This document shows, piece by piece, positions 19,778 to 29,642 of a DNA stretch of 61,732 nt. The position numbers and the translations under genes are program-made. The notes under the pieces were generated by a model. That model was not told the DNA's origin. It worked only from the letters and a program-made list of their open reading frames with translations, and ran no database searches. The DNA comes from a virus (taxonomy: Duplodnaviria > Caudoviricetes): the IMG/VR virus record IMGVR_UViG_3300030329_003372, positions 1 through 61,732 of that record; one strand, given 5' to 3'. Numbering within the stretch: the first letter of the stretch is position 1; each line of letters begins with the position of its first letter.

Positions 19778-22120
19778 TCACCAATATCCTTTCGGCACAT
19801 ATCGTGCAACCAACTTTTCTAAATCCCATTCAAGCATCGTGTAAACCTTCTCTAATTTGTCCGACACTAACTTCTCCAAAGTCATGTGCCAATCAATCGA
19901 GTAATCATCTAAATCATCTATAGACCGGTATGCCATATACTTGGTCGCAGGTAATCCCTCCGGCACACCATCAACAAATACCCACGAAGAACTCTCGCCT
20001 TTGCGGAATGGTTCTGTGCCTGTATGTTCGTTGTAATACATCGCCGCTCTTACACCATTACCGGGTTGTTGATAATCATCGAACGATTTTGCTATCCGTG
20101 TCCGTGTCGTTATCTCCTTCACATCAGTTTCATGCTTGTGTAACTTCTTCACAATAGGCCGTAACTTGTCGAATACATCTTGTTCGCTCCCGCCTGTAGA
20201 TATGATTTTGAAGGCATCGAGTTGCACCTGCTTTGTGATAGGCGCAGCGTTAGCAGCCTTCGCCTCAAAGCCTGTAATTTTCATCTGCCCTGCCTCTTCA
20301 GGCGGGTGTGATTTGATACCGAAGTTTTTGTTCGTTCCTGTGGTCGTCCAATACGGGAAGAAGGCTTCCCATTCCACATCCAAGTATTTCATCTCCAAGT
20401 GATTGTGTGACACATCAGTAAGATGTTCGGCCAACCACTGTGCCTTCTCTTCAGGCACAGTAACGTAGACAGAATCGGTGTGACCTGCCAATGCCTTGTA
20501 ACCCATCACCTCGCTTTCTGTTACAAGCATAGAGATAGCCTCCCTTCCCTTGTAGGTAATCGAACGTGCTATGTCGTAGTCAGACCACATACCACCCACG
20601 CGCTTAGACCCACACATACCGTAGATTGCGTTGACCGCAACTTTTGTGGCTGCTTGGAGCATATTGTATGCGAGCCTTTCATCATCCGTCTTCGCCGCTT
20701 TCATCAGGCGTTTGTATTCCTTACGGACCTTGAGCATCTCTTCTACAACAGACGGTAACAAACCCTGCTTGGTTTGGTCCCAATAGGTTCCGTTACCGAG
20801 AGCGAGAATACCGTCGCCGGGGCCACTACGTTTGGTCGTCCAACACAAGTTGTTGCTTAGGATGATGTTTGGATATAGTGAAGCGAAATCTAACAGGGCT
20901 ACGTCTTCATGACGCCCCGGTATGGCGGGCTTGACCCACGCCGCTTGTAGTGGCTCACGCTCCTGTATGTATGAAGAGGGAGCCTTGAGTTCTGTCCTCC
21001 GTGCAATCAAGCCACGGAAGTATCTGCTTACATTGTGTGTGCTAAAGAATGCAACACCACACAACTGTTGTAGTGCGAGATGGAAATCAATACAGTGCAA
21101 CTTCTCGTCGCACTTGCGTAAGAGTGTAGTGTCAACAAGACAGTAATCTACGAAGTCATCGAAGTAATCATACCACCCATTGAACACAGTCATGCCTTCG
21201 ATACGATTGGTTAGTTTGCCACCGAAGCCAAGTTCCTGTGCTATCCAATCCAACTGACGCGAAGGCATCTGCCCCTTGCCTGACTTCTGCCATACACCCT
21301 CAAAGCCACTGCCATCAGTCCATGATGCTGATGTGTCAAAACACAATCTACCACGAATAGGTTGTCGAGTTGTCTTATATGAACCTACATTACGAGGCGG
21401 CTTGACAATTTGATTCAGTGGTGACAAGCGATTGGGATTGTCTAAGCGTCGTATCAGGTGAGGTAGGTCAGCCCACATGATAGCATGAGCCACCAACATA
21501 TCGGGGTCGCACTCGTCCATGTGTGCAAGGAAGCCTTCGTGCATATCCTGTTCATTCCCGTAGAGGTGTAGTTCGTAACCATCCTCCCTGTCTATCCATT
21601 TCTGTTCGTGCTTCGGCCCATCATCCTTCCACGCAAACACAACAGGATGTTCTGCGTGTGTATCATCAACAGCCATCACTGTAGTGAAGTCATCTTCCGG
21701 GTCCCACTCTAAATCGAAATACCAAATGCGCGGTTTGAACACCGGCATCTTATCAGGGAACATTGAGATTAGAACTTGGTCAACGTATTGCAGGTCAGCC
21801 TCATACGTGAGTTGCGGGTAGTTGTTCTTGACTTCCCACAAGTCTTCGGGCTTCTCCACATTCATCTTCCAAAGTGGCTTTCCATCCAAGCCCGTAGCCG
21901 TAGTGTTGCGGTCTATAGACACAGTGGGAAAACGTTTGAGCAAACTAATGCGCTTCCAATCAGGAAGTTCCTGACTTATCCAACAGAACGGTGCTTGCCA
22001 AGCATCGTCTTCAGGATGGATGTGTCGCTCTATCAATACACCATCTTCACCACGTGTGCGTAAGTAAAGTGAAGGGCGTTCATCATCGGATGCGTAGTCG
22101 TGATACCAATCAATTATCAC
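19778..22120 (-). CDS. polB: Family B DNA polymerase
   Basis: Exo I FDLE, DFASLYP, KVAVNAIYG and GHTDS motifs. Confidence 0.95.
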   Translation of the reverse strand: MIIDWYHDYASDDERPSLYLRTRGEDGVLIERHIHPEDDAWQAPFCWISQELPDWKRISLLKRFPTVSIDRNTTATGLDGKPLWKMNVEKPEDLWEVKNNYPQLTYEADLQYVDQVLISMFPDKMPVFKPRIWYFDLEWDPEDDFTTVMAVDDTHAEHPVVFAWKDDGPKHEQKWIDREDGYELHLYGNEQDMHEGFLAHMDECDPDMLVAHAIMWADLPHLIRRLDNPNRLSPLNQIVKPPRNVGSYKTTRQPIRGRLCFDTSASWTDGSGFEGVWQKSGKGQMPSRQLDWIAQELGFGGKLTNRIEGMTVFNGWYDYFDDFVDYCLVDTTLLRKCDEKLHCIDFHLALQQLCGVAFFSTHNVSRYFRGLIARRTELKAPSSYIQEREPLQAAWVKPAIPGRHEDVALLDFASLYPNIILSNNLCWTTKRSGPGDGILALGNGTYWDQTKQGLLPSVVEEMLKVRKEYKRLMKAAKTDDERLAYNMLQAATKVAVNAIYGMCGSKRVGGMWSDYDIARSITYKGREAISMLVTESEVMGYKALAGHTDSVYVTVPEEKAQWLAEHLTDVSHNHLEMKYLDVEWEAFFPYWTTTGTNKNFGIKSHPPEEAGQMKITGFEAKAANAAPITKQVQLDAFKIISTGGSEQDVFDKLRPIVKKLHKHETDVKEITTRTRIAKSFDDYQQPGNGVRAAMYYNEHTGTEPFRKGESSSWVFVDGVPEGLPATKYMAYRSIDDLDDYSIDWHMTLEKLVSDKLEKVYTMLEWDLEKLVARYVPKGYW

Positions 22121-22122
22121 TG

Positions 22123-22881
22123 TTAATCCTCCGCCAAATCAACAACCATCATCAGGGTGTTCGCCTGTTCAAACACAGCCAACGTGCCGTCGCCCATGTG
22201 AACACGAACAGGTGACTCGTCAAGATACTCAAGGCAACTCGGCAACCACTCACCGAAGTTCGATTGCACAGTAGCATTCGGACCCTCGGCATTGGTGATA
22301 GGAAGCGTCGTGAACAGTCGTCCTGACGCAGCCTTGCCCGCCACGATACCGAACTCGGACTCGCCCGTGTGCATACGCATACGGAAGGATGCCTCCTTCG
22401 ACACCAACGCTCTCATCTCCGCGAGAGCAGTAAGGTCGGTCGCATCAATCGTTCCGTGTGCGCTGAACTTGATGCTGCCCATTGTTTCCCAACCGGAATC
22501 AACACCCTTCTTCAACAGTTTACGAATCGCGGGAACCTTCGATGCACTCTCCAAGTGATTCGTAGATGGTAACTGCAACTTGTTCCCGCCGCTTACAGCG
22601 TGTAGAAGTTTGTCGGTTCCGGTCTGTCGTAGTTCAATGAATTCAGACTTCGCTGCCTTGATGAACTTGAGTAACTTCTGTAGGTCAGCGATGTGGATGT
22701 TGCCTTCTTCAACAACGCTCTCCTTTGAAACGTTCAACGACTTACGTAGATAGAAAGAAGCGTATGCAATCTCGGCTGTGATACGTGCGCCGCTACATGA
22801 CAAGCGCACATCAGGCAAGCCCTTACCGAACGATAGTAAGAACTTCTGTAAGTCCTTCTTCAACACAGTTACCTTTGTCAC
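22123..22881 (-). CDS. Probable PCNA-like sliding clamp
   Basis: 252 aa with an alpha/beta pattern, adjacent to polB and in the same operon as RFC; no diagnostic motif. Confidence 0.45.
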   Translation of the reverse strand: MTKVTVLKKDLQKFLLSFGKGLPDVRLSCSGARITAEIAYASFYLRKSLNVSKESVVEEGNIHIADLQKLLKFIKAAKSEFIELRQTGTDKLLHAVSGGNKLQLPSTNHLESASKVPAIRKLLKKGVDSGWETMGSIKFSAHGTIDATDLTALAEMRALVSKEASFRMRMHTGESEFGIVAGKAASGRLFTTLPITNAEGPNATVQSNFGEWLPSCLEYLDESPVRVHMGDGTLAVFEQANTLMMVVDLAED

Positions 22882-23333
22882 TCTTCCTCACCCCAAGTCC
22901 ACCAATGCGCTGCTTCGTATGTAGATACGTCCGTGAGTATAGTGAGAAATGCTTGTGCTGTATATGGTGAGGTTTCTTGGTCAGTGTCAAAATGAATCAC
23001 AATACATACGTTTTGTTTGTGCGTGTCTGTGTCGTTATACCACTTGTTTGTTCTTCGATACGATTTCTGTCCAAACGACCATGAGTAGTTTGTCCAATCC
23101 ATGTTAGCATCATAATTGAATGCTAACTGTCCATAACCTGAACCGAAATTTTCAACACCGTGTTTCTCTAAATCTTCCTTCAAAGATTGCGCGTAACCGC
23201 CATTATTCTCCGTGTCTGAAGGCATCAAAACCCATTCATCTACAATGTTAGCAAGTGTTTCAGGGTGCATACGAACCTTCATCTTGTATGGTTCGCATTC
23301 AAACATTTCAATTCCTTCACATATCATCATCAT
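22878..23333 (-). CDS. Hypothetical protein
   Basis: ORF with upstream GGAG and GTGA overlap. Confidence 0.55.
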   Translation of the reverse strand: MMMICEGIEMFECEPYKMKVRMHPETLANIVDEWVLMPSDTENNGGYAQSLKEDLEKHGVENFGSGYGQLAFNYDANMDWTNYSWSFGQKSYRRTNKWYNDTDTHKQNVCIVIHFDTDQETSPYTAQAFLTILTDVSTYEAAHWWTWGEEE

Positions 23334-23351
23334 ATCATCTCCGCAAATAAT

Positions 23352-23468
23352 ACACAGGTGGGGAGCAGGGCATTTGGAAAGCCCGCGGTTGACGAAGCCG
23401 CTAATGAAAACCGTGCCTCTCGTAGTGGCACAGGAACACGAAAATTTGCAGCCCTACCCCCCATGTGT
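23352..23468 (-). ncRNA. Putative structured intergenic RNA (multibranch)
   Basis: 12-bp closing stem with G-U pairs on the - strand plus two internal hairpins. Confidence 0.4.
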
Positions 23469-23471
23469 GTG

Positions 23472-24470
23472 TCATAGTGAACCGTCATACAGTTCGGGTA
23501 ATCCTCTCCATTCAGGTTTTTCTCCGGCCTTCGTGATGAAGGTCGTTCGTCGTTGTCCTTGCAGTTCAGCATTCGTCTTACACTTCTCAAAGGTGACGAC
23601 ATACTCACTGCGAATCACATTCCCATCTTCATCGTGTTCGTCGTTGCGCTCACAGATGAGAATCGTAGGGATGTAATTGTTCGATGCCTTCTCCCAATCA
23701 GGACGCCACTTAGCATTCTTCTCGGAATCGCCATAGGAATAGTTGGTCTTGCGTAGGTGTGTTTCCCAAAAGACACTGACACCCAACTTCACCAATCTTC
23801 GACAGATGGCTGTGAGTTGATGGAAGCGAGTCTTACGCATAGCCCAATCCCATTGGTGGCCTACACGCTCACCCTTACCTGACCCTCGGTTGTCGGCGGC
23901 ATCAATGCCATCCTTCGCCAAGCCCAAGTCAGTGATTCTCATGTTGTTGATGCACACTTGGTCCCATAGGTCTACACCTGAAACAAGCAAGCCCCAAAGT
24001 CGCTCGCCATCATAATCAGGGTCGAGTTGCTTCTCCGCGATGTGAACCGCATACTTGCAAATGTCGAGGGTGCGCTTGTGTGTGCCGGGATAGTCGTTGG
24101 CTGTGCGCTCACCGACCTGCATAACCCACGGGTCCCAATTGACAATGCTTCGGTCCTCACCGTAGTGAGCATCGTGCAGCATCATACTACCTGCGTCATA
24201 ATCAAGCACCCATAATTGGTCTTTCTCATGACGGTTCGGGTCCTTGTGATAGGCATCGAATACGATACCTGATTTGCTTGTCCCTTCGTGTCCACCGATA
24301 CCGATGAACTTGTGTGAACGTGGTCGCACATCACGGAGAACATTCGCCTCCTTGTGTAACGATGCGAACACATCCTCCGTTGTTGCGGGGGCCGCTGCTG
24401 CTGCCTCATCTGCCTTCTTCTCTTTGTCTGCTAACTTCTGTTGTTCTGCTGTCTGTCCAAAACCACCCAT
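23472..24470 (-). CDS. RecA-fold P-loop ATPase (Sak4/RadA-like recombinase)
   Basis: Walker A GHEGTSKS and VLDYDAG; located next to the SSB-like gene. Confidence 0.6.
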   Translation of the reverse strand: MGGFGQTAEQQKLADKEKKADEAAAAAPATTEDVFASLHKEANVLRDVRPRSHKFIGIGGHEGTSKSGIVFDAYHKDPNRHEKDQLWVLDYDAGSMMLHDAHYGEDRSIVNWDPWVMQVGERTANDYPGTHKRTLDICKYAVHIAEKQLDPDYDGERLWGLLVSGVDLWDQVCINNMRITDLGLAKDGIDAADNRGSGKGERVGHQWDWAMRKTRFHQLTAICRRLVKLGVSVFWETHLRKTNYSYGDSEKNAKWRPDWEKASNNYIPTILICERNDEHDEDGNVIRSEYVVTFEKCKTNAELQGQRRTTFITKAGEKPEWRGLPELYDGSL

Positions 24471-24472
24471 AT

Positions 24473-24625
24473 TTATTCCTCCTTGTCTACAATTTTGATG
24501 TTAAACGATGTAATCCCTTTCCCATCGTCTGAATTGATTTGTAAGTCAACTTTCTTACCTTCAGGTAGATTTGCTAATGCTTCATCTACTTCGGCCTGAA
24601 CAAATTCCCACGGTATGTAAGCCAT
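24473..24625 (-). CDS. Hypothetical protein (50 aa)
   Basis: Manual translation MAYIPWEFVQAE...KEE; coupled to neighbours. Confidence 0.5.
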   Translation of the reverse strand: MAYIPWEFVQAEVDEALANLPEGKKVDLQINSDDGKGITSFNIKIVDKEE

Positions 24626-25938
24626 CACTCATCACCATCCTTGAATTGGTCAAGGCCGGTGTCGCCGCCGTCTGCACGACGACGACCTCGGCGTGGGTCT
24701 GCATAGACCCCGAAGATATTCAACTTGGGACGCGCCTTGCCATCAGACACACGCATACCAATACGACCGAACACAAGCACTGTGCTGCGCTCGGCATACG
24801 GGAATGACTCTTCACCCCAACCTGCACTGAACGGGTCACTGCCCCGTGCCGAGGCAAAGGAAATCCACCCCATCACATCATCTGTGAGTGTGCCATGTGT
24901 GAGTGAAAGAGAGTAGTTGAAACCCTCTTGGTCATACTCGCTCTCGCGGGGTTCGGATGACATACGTGACACCGTTCCCTTCGTGAATACAAGTGGCCCT
25001 GCTGTGCCTGTGTTCCCGTCCCGACCCTCAAAGGAGCGGCTACGTGTATCATAGGCTTCACCCAACTCATCAATCGGCACATACATATCATGGAAATCAC
25101 CGTTCAACCAAAAGACACTCGGCTTTAGTAGTGGCCGCACATCTTCGTTCACGAATGCATCTGTGTATTCGATAGTGTCAAGGAAATTCATGTTCGTTCC
25201 AAGCACATCCTTGAAGTTTTCAGACACCTTCTCACCCGGCAACCGCACTTGAATACGACACGGACGACCAATCTGATACTCGGCATCAGCAGCATCGTCA
25301 GTGGCGTCTACGCGCCACAGTTGAATGTTTGAATTGTTCACGAACTCTCCCTCTTCGTTGCCGAGGAAGTAGAGGTATCGGCCCATGCGAACTGATGGGT
25401 ATGGACGTTGGCCCATTGTAGTCACGAACGTGACCCACTTACCATCAGCCTTGAACCCATGAAGCGGTGCTTCATCTGTTGATTGGTCTGTCAATACAGG
25501 GTCACCGGATGTGTGTAGTTGCCACTTACCATCCTGTTCAGCGTATACACCAAGACGACCACTCTCGACAATCTGTGCAGGGTCGTTGGTGAAGTCCTCG
25601 ATAGCACGACGACGACGCCATTCCATACGGTCGGACTTCTTATCCCCCACACCTACGAAGCAACCCACGAAAGATGTAGTCGAACCTGAAGCCCCACTAC
25701 CTGTGCGTCGCATAGTTACGAACGCACTCTCCGCCCAATCAAGAAGCAGGTCTTCGTCTTCTGAATACGGGTCGTCGCAATTCCATTCCGCCTTGATGAA
25801 ATCCAAATACTGTTTGGTTGTTTCCTCAACGCTCTTCTTGGTTCGCTCGGCTTGCGCTTTGATGCGCTCCAAGACACCATCGGGTAGTGTCTTACCTGCA
25901 CTTGCGAACTCATCTTCTTCATTCCATTCTTCACTCAT
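24625..25938 (-). CDS. Probable ssDNA-binding (RPA/OB-fold-like) protein
   Basis: Position between RFC and the recombinase, beta-rich C-terminal region and acidic tail; inferred only. Confidence 0.45.
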   Translation of the reverse strand: MSEEWNEEDEFASAGKTLPDGVLERIKAQAERTKKSVEETTKQYLDFIKAEWNCDDPYSEDEDLLLDWAESAFVTMRRTGSGASGSTTSFVGCFVGVGDKKSDRMEWRRRRAIEDFTNDPAQIVESGRLGVYAEQDGKWQLHTSGDPVLTDQSTDEAPLHGFKADGKWVTFVTTMGQRPYPSVRMGRYLYFLGNEEGEFVNNSNIQLWRVDATDDAADAEYQIGRPCRIQVRLPGEKVSENFKDVLGTNMNFLDTIEYTDAFVNEDVRPLLKPSVFWLNGDFHDMYVPIDELGEAYDTRSRSFEGRDGNTGTAGPLVFTKGTVSRMSSEPRESEYDQEGFNYSLSLTHGTLTDDVMGWISFASARGSDPFSAGWGEESFPYAERSTVLVFGRIGMRVSDGKARPKLNIFGVYADPRRGRRRADGGDTGLDQFKDGDE

Positions 25939-26878
25939 TGTTTTCTTCCTCCAATTTCGTTTTCAAGCGGCCCACAAATACATCAATATACGCTTCCGTA
26001 GAACCGGGCCAATCGTATACGCGCTCCATCATATCCCCCCATACGGAGAGAACGGAGAATACTGTGTCGCAATCGTTGTCAAAGTATTGACTCATCTTGC
26101 GATGGAAATGGTTCATCATACTCATGCGGTCACCATTGGACTTCAGGTATGTCTTAAGGTCGTCGCGCAGGTCTAACCAATTGTTATGGATGACCGCCGC
26201 AAACGGGTCTGCATCATCAACAGGTTCCTCACTTGGTGTGCCACCTGCCTGTAGGAAATTGACGGCGGCTCGTAGGTCGCCATTGTGTTGAAGGACAATC
26301 TTCTCATACCCCTTTTGGGCGTCGATATACTGTTGATAAGTGTCAGGTAGCCCCACTAACGTGTTGATACGTTCCAAGTGTTTCGCACCATCAGCAGGTG
26401 ACACTCTATCGAACGTGTAGATATTACACCGGCTCTTGATAGCCTCACGAATCTTGTCGGCGTAGTTGGCCGTAAGGATGAACGTGCATACATCAGCATA
26501 CTGTTCCATGATACCACGCAGGGAATCCTGTGCGGCAGGTGTGAGGCCGTCAGCCTCGTCAAGCACAATCAACTTGCGCTTTGTGCCAATGCCACTCATG
26601 CGAGCGAACATCTTAATCTGCGAACGGATGAAATCAATGCCTCGGTCATCTGAAGCATTTGTCCACAGGACGTTCATCTCATTGTTAGCATCACCCGGTA
26701 GGAGCAGGTGAACAAGCACATTGGCTGCGCTTGACTTGCCTGTTCCGGGTGGCCCGACAAAGAGAAGGGCTGACGGCGGATTCATGGACGCTCCCCACGC
26801 TTTCATATCCTGAACCAAGTCGTCGTTGCCAACGATGTGGTCAGGTTCTGTAGGTCGTAGTGCCTCGTTCCAATTCAT
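25931..26878 (-). CDS. rfcS: Replication factor C small subunit (clamp loader)
   Basis: GPPGTGKS, NASDDRGID, LDEAD and SRC motifs. Confidence 0.92.
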   Translation of the reverse strand: MNWNEALRPTEPDHIVGNDDLVQDMKAWGASMNPPSALLFVGPPGTGKSSAANVLVHLLLPGDANNEMNVLWTNASDDRGIDFIRSQIKMFARMSGIGTKRKLIVLDEADGLTPAAQDSLRGIMEQYADVCTFILTANYADKIREAIKSRCNIYTFDRVSPADGAKHLERINTLVGLPDTYQQYIDAQKGYEKIVLQHNGDLRAAVNFLQAGGTPSEEPVDDADPFAAVIHNNWLDLRDDLKTYLKSNGDRMSMMNHFHRKMSQYFDNDCDTVFSVLSVWGDMMERVYDWPGSTEAYIDVFVGRLKTKLEEENNE

Positions 26879-26900
26879 ACCGAATTCCTCACAATCCTAA

Positions 26901-26924
26901 TTCCACTATTGGTTTAAATATAAA
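26901..26924 (-). promoter_or_regulatory. Conserved viral TATA promoter, copy 3
   Basis: Match to consensus, upstream of rfcS. Confidence 0.8.
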
Positions 26925-26927
26925 ATC

Positions 26928-27341
26928 TCAATTCAGCCCAAATTCAGCGTTTTTTGAATCCCATTCAGCGGCCCATTTTAGGAACGTATCATAGGATTCG
27001 TGCGCCCTCGGCACGGGGTTCTCTATCACCCATGCCATCCGTTCATAGTTACCCTTGTGTTTGAGTAAGTCCGTGTATGGTTCAAGCGCATCCAACCAAA
27101 ATTGTATGTCACGTATCTTACCGATGCGTCTTTTGTCCACCCAATTACTGTATGCCAACCCCGGTAAATCATTCTCTTCGGCCCATGTCCACATCGCTAT
27201 CCACTGCTGTGGGGTATGTGCGCTAAACGTGATATGGCGAGTAATTTTGAAGCCATGCCCGCTTGCCACCTGTTTTATACCTACATTAAAATTTATTTTG
27301 GCTAAAATCAAGCCTAATCCTATATCTCCAATCTTACTCAT
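26928..27341 (-). CDS. Hypothetical protein
   Basis: ORF overlapping the upstream gene. Confidence 0.55.
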   Translation of the reverse strand: MSKIGDIGLGLILAKINFNVGIKQVASGHGFKITRHITFSAHTPQQWIAMWTWAEENDLPGLAYSNWVDKRRIGKIRDIQFWLDALEPYTDLLKHKGNYERMAWVIENPVPRAHESYDTFLKWAAEWDSKNAEFGLN

Positions 27342-28431
27342 CCAATTCCCCCATTAACATCTGATAGTCCACCAACTGACTCACATCACTTGCACCCATT
27401 TCCGATTCAACGCCATCGAATCGTAAGTGCCACTCATCATCAGGATTCCACAACAATACCACACGTGCTACAAGCGAGGCTTCAACTACGTGCCAAGACC
27501 GACCATAATTGTATCGGACACCGAAACGCCCGAACGCCCCTTCTAAGACAAAGGGCATCTCCGGCAGCACGATTGTGCAAACCTCAACAGTTGTGTCACC
27601 ATCGAGGAAGCCAATTTCCAATTCGTAGTAGGTGTCGTTTAGTTTACGCACACGTAGAATCTGACCGTAGAGGCTCGTTGTGCCACTCGTCATGAGATAA
27701 TAGTCATCATCATGTATGAGCAACGCACCACGTGGATGTAGTTGCATGAGTTGAACTGATTCGGGCCATGACATATCATCAAGGCTTTGTAGATTTTCAG
27801 CAATCCATGTGGGCTTTTCATGCTCAACATCCGAATCTTGATACAACAACGTATATTTTTCATCAATGAGTCCGTTTCTGTAACGAACAACCCGTTGTTT
27901 ACCGGGGAAGGCCAAACGTAGTGTTGATACATCTTCGACCAACCACCACTCTTTCGGTATTTTCGTCGTTGTTTCTTTCCACGGCTTGAGTCTGTGTTCG
28001 CCTAAGTCGTTTTGAACATCGTCACCCATCCACTTCTTCATTCGATTGACAACCGAACGCCAACGCTCACTGAAGGCCCATCGCCACACAAACTCGGCTT
28101 CGTCTGAATCGAGTGCATGGCACAATGACAGTAGTTTGAAATCGTCAGCCGAGAAGAAGGCCACGACCTGCTCAAGCGTCATGCCTGTAGATTCTGAATC
28201 AGATGATTCCCAAATGAGTGCTGTAACGATTGAGTTAGAACCGATACTTGCGTCGAGAACATCAGGATAGACACCACATTCAGCCGCCAATCGAAGACGA
28301 GCCATTTGTCGTGTCAAGGGACAACGAACAGGTCTGTTGAGAAAGTTCCACAGTTCGCGTGTTTCATCTTCAGATATGTCTGTGAGATTTGGCATCGCGC
28401 TGATACACGATACAGCGCGACTAATCTTCAC
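27334..28431 (-). CDS. Degenerate ATP-dependent DNA ligase-like protein
   Basis: Ligase-like layout (RYRNG resembling SRNG, GALLI resembling EGLMxK, C-terminal OB-like region) but no KxDG motif. Confidence 0.35.
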   Translation of the reverse strand: MKISRAVSCISAMPNLTDISEDETRELWNFLNRPVRCPLTRQMARLRLAAECGVYPDVLDASIGSNSIVTALIWESSDSESTGMTLEQVVAFFSADDFKLLSLCHALDSDEAEFVWRWAFSERWRSVVNRMKKWMGDDVQNDLGEHRLKPWKETTTKIPKEWWLVEDVSTLRLAFPGKQRVVRYRNGLIDEKYTLLYQDSDVEHEKPTWIAENLQSLDDMSWPESVQLMQLHPRGALLIHDDDYYLMTSGTTSLYGQILRVRKLNDTYYELEIGFLDGDTTVEVCTIVLPEMPFVLEGAFGRFGVRYNYGRSWHVVEASLVARVVLLWNPDDEWHLRFDGVESEMGASDVSQLVDYQMLMGELDE

Positions 28432-28790
28432 TCTTCCTCACCATTGAGGACGGACAAAACTTCGTTAATTTCATCTTGGAACAAATGTTTCCAAGTGTTT
28501 GGACGGGTGGCCGTGCAAAGGCCCCACAGTTCTTTTGTTTTGTTTTGAATTTTCAACTGTGTTACTGCTTTGTTCTTTGTATACTTCCCAACAAGGTGTA
28601 TACAATCAATCATGAGTGCGTGTGGTGAGCGTTGATTCGTCCACCGAGGATGTTCGGCAATCTTCTCTTTGAGTGTGTAGGCCGTGAGCCATTCCTTGAG
28701 AGTCATGCTTAATGCTGATGCTAACTCAAGTGTGCGGTCCTCTTTGTGTAATTCCGCTACACGTTTCATTCGTTCAGATGCTTCTGTCAA
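28428..28790 (-). CDS. Hypothetical protein
   Basis: ORF within the operon. Confidence 0.5.
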   Translation of the reverse strand: MTEASERMKRVAELHKEDRTLELASALSMTLKEWLTAYTLKEKIAEHPRWTNQRSPHALMIDCIHLVGKYTKNKAVTQLKIQNKTKELWGLCTATRPNTWKHLFQDEINEVLSVLNGEEE

Positions 28791-28931
28791 CTAACCACCC
28801 CTCAAGACCCATGCGCGATACATGGCGGTTTCTCTTGCGGCTTCATTACAGGCGTTGCACAATTCCTCATGGTCGCCCCATTCATCTTCGTGAACATCTT
28901 GGTCACATCCTTCACAATAGTGTTTAGTCAC
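28791..28931 (-). CDS. Zn-finger microprotein cassette (46 aa)
   Basis: MTKHYCEGC...LCNAC; GTG start inside the junction repeat. Confidence 0.6.
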   Translation of the reverse strand: MTKHYCEGCDQDVHEDEWGDHEELCNACNEAARETAMYRAWVLRGG

Positions 28932-29017
28932 GCCGTCACCCCCCAAAGTGATTTCATACAATCACAAGTTCCATCTTCCTTTGCTTCGTGGCCGCAAATC
29001 TCACATTCTTCACTCAC
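28928..29017 (-). CDS. Zn-finger microprotein cassette (29 aa)
   Basis: MSEECEICGHEAKEDGTCDCMKSLWGVTA. Confidence 0.6.
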   Translation of the reverse strand: MSEECEICGHEAKEDGTCDCMKSLWGVTA

Positions 29018-29037
29018 GCTGTCATCTCCTTCCATTC

Positions 29038-29388
29038 TCAACACCATCCCTCTTTTTCCAATTTATCTATGTCAAGCACTTCGGATTTCTCTTCGCACTT
29101 TTCACAACAATCACGACCATAAGCCATGTATGTGTGTTTTGGTTTTCTACCATTTATTATGGCTTGTTCTATTTTCGTTATATCTCTTAGAGTAAAGAAT
29201 CTACCCACATAGCCACCGCAACCGCAAAAATATGGTTTCTCACAAAAGGGACACGATGACATTTCTTCATCACATTTCATACACCAATGGACTTTCACTT
29301 TCTCAAGTTGCTCCCAACGGTCTTCGACCCACAAAAACTTCCCACATTCTGAAACTACGGGTTGTTTTCTACGTTTCCACCAACTCAC
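29038..29388 (-). CDS. Cys-rich Zn-finger cassette protein (116 aa)
   Basis: CMKC, CPFC, CGCG and CCEKC. Confidence 0.65.
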   Translation of the reverse strand: MSWWKRRKQPVVSECGKFLWVEDRWEQLEKVKVHWCMKCDEEMSSCPFCEKPYFCGCGGYVGRFFTLRDITKIEQAIINGRKPKHTYMAYGRDCCEKCEEKSEVLDIDKLEKEGWC

Positions 29389-29642
29389 GCCGTCACCTCC
29401 GGGGCGTAGCCGTTATCATGGTGTATACGAAATTCTACAATTTTACCACAGTGTATACACTTCGTCACAAATCTTTCTTGGTGACCGTAAGGCCAATTGA
29501 TTTGTGAACCGGGTAACGCCCTAAGAGCGTGTAGCGGGTTGCCTTCGCTGTCCACACAGTATTTTTCATCTCCGTAGCCTTCGTCCCTGAATGTGTGTTT
29601 TTTGTCAAACTCTTCTTCACCATATTCACTATACTTACTCAC
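29385..29642 (-). CDS. Zn-finger cassette protein (85 aa)
   Basis: MSKYSEYG...CIHCG...EVTA. Confidence 0.6.
   Translation of the reverse strand: MSKYSEYGEEEFDKKHTFRDEGYGDEKYCVDSEGNPLHALRALPGSQINWPYGHQERFVTKCIHCGKIVEFRIHHDNGYAPEVTA

Noticed and set aside
19778-22120. Intein or split in PolB
   Set aside because: Continuous 780-aa ORF with normally spaced motifs.
23397-23450. Hammerhead ribozyme on the + strand (CTAATGA...GAAA)
   Set aside because: The core deviates from CUGANGA, stem II does not abut the core, and G-U pairing favours the - strand.
26928-27341. Possible LAGLIDADG homing endonuclease
   Set aside because: No recognisable LAGLIDADG motif; resemblance too weak to call.
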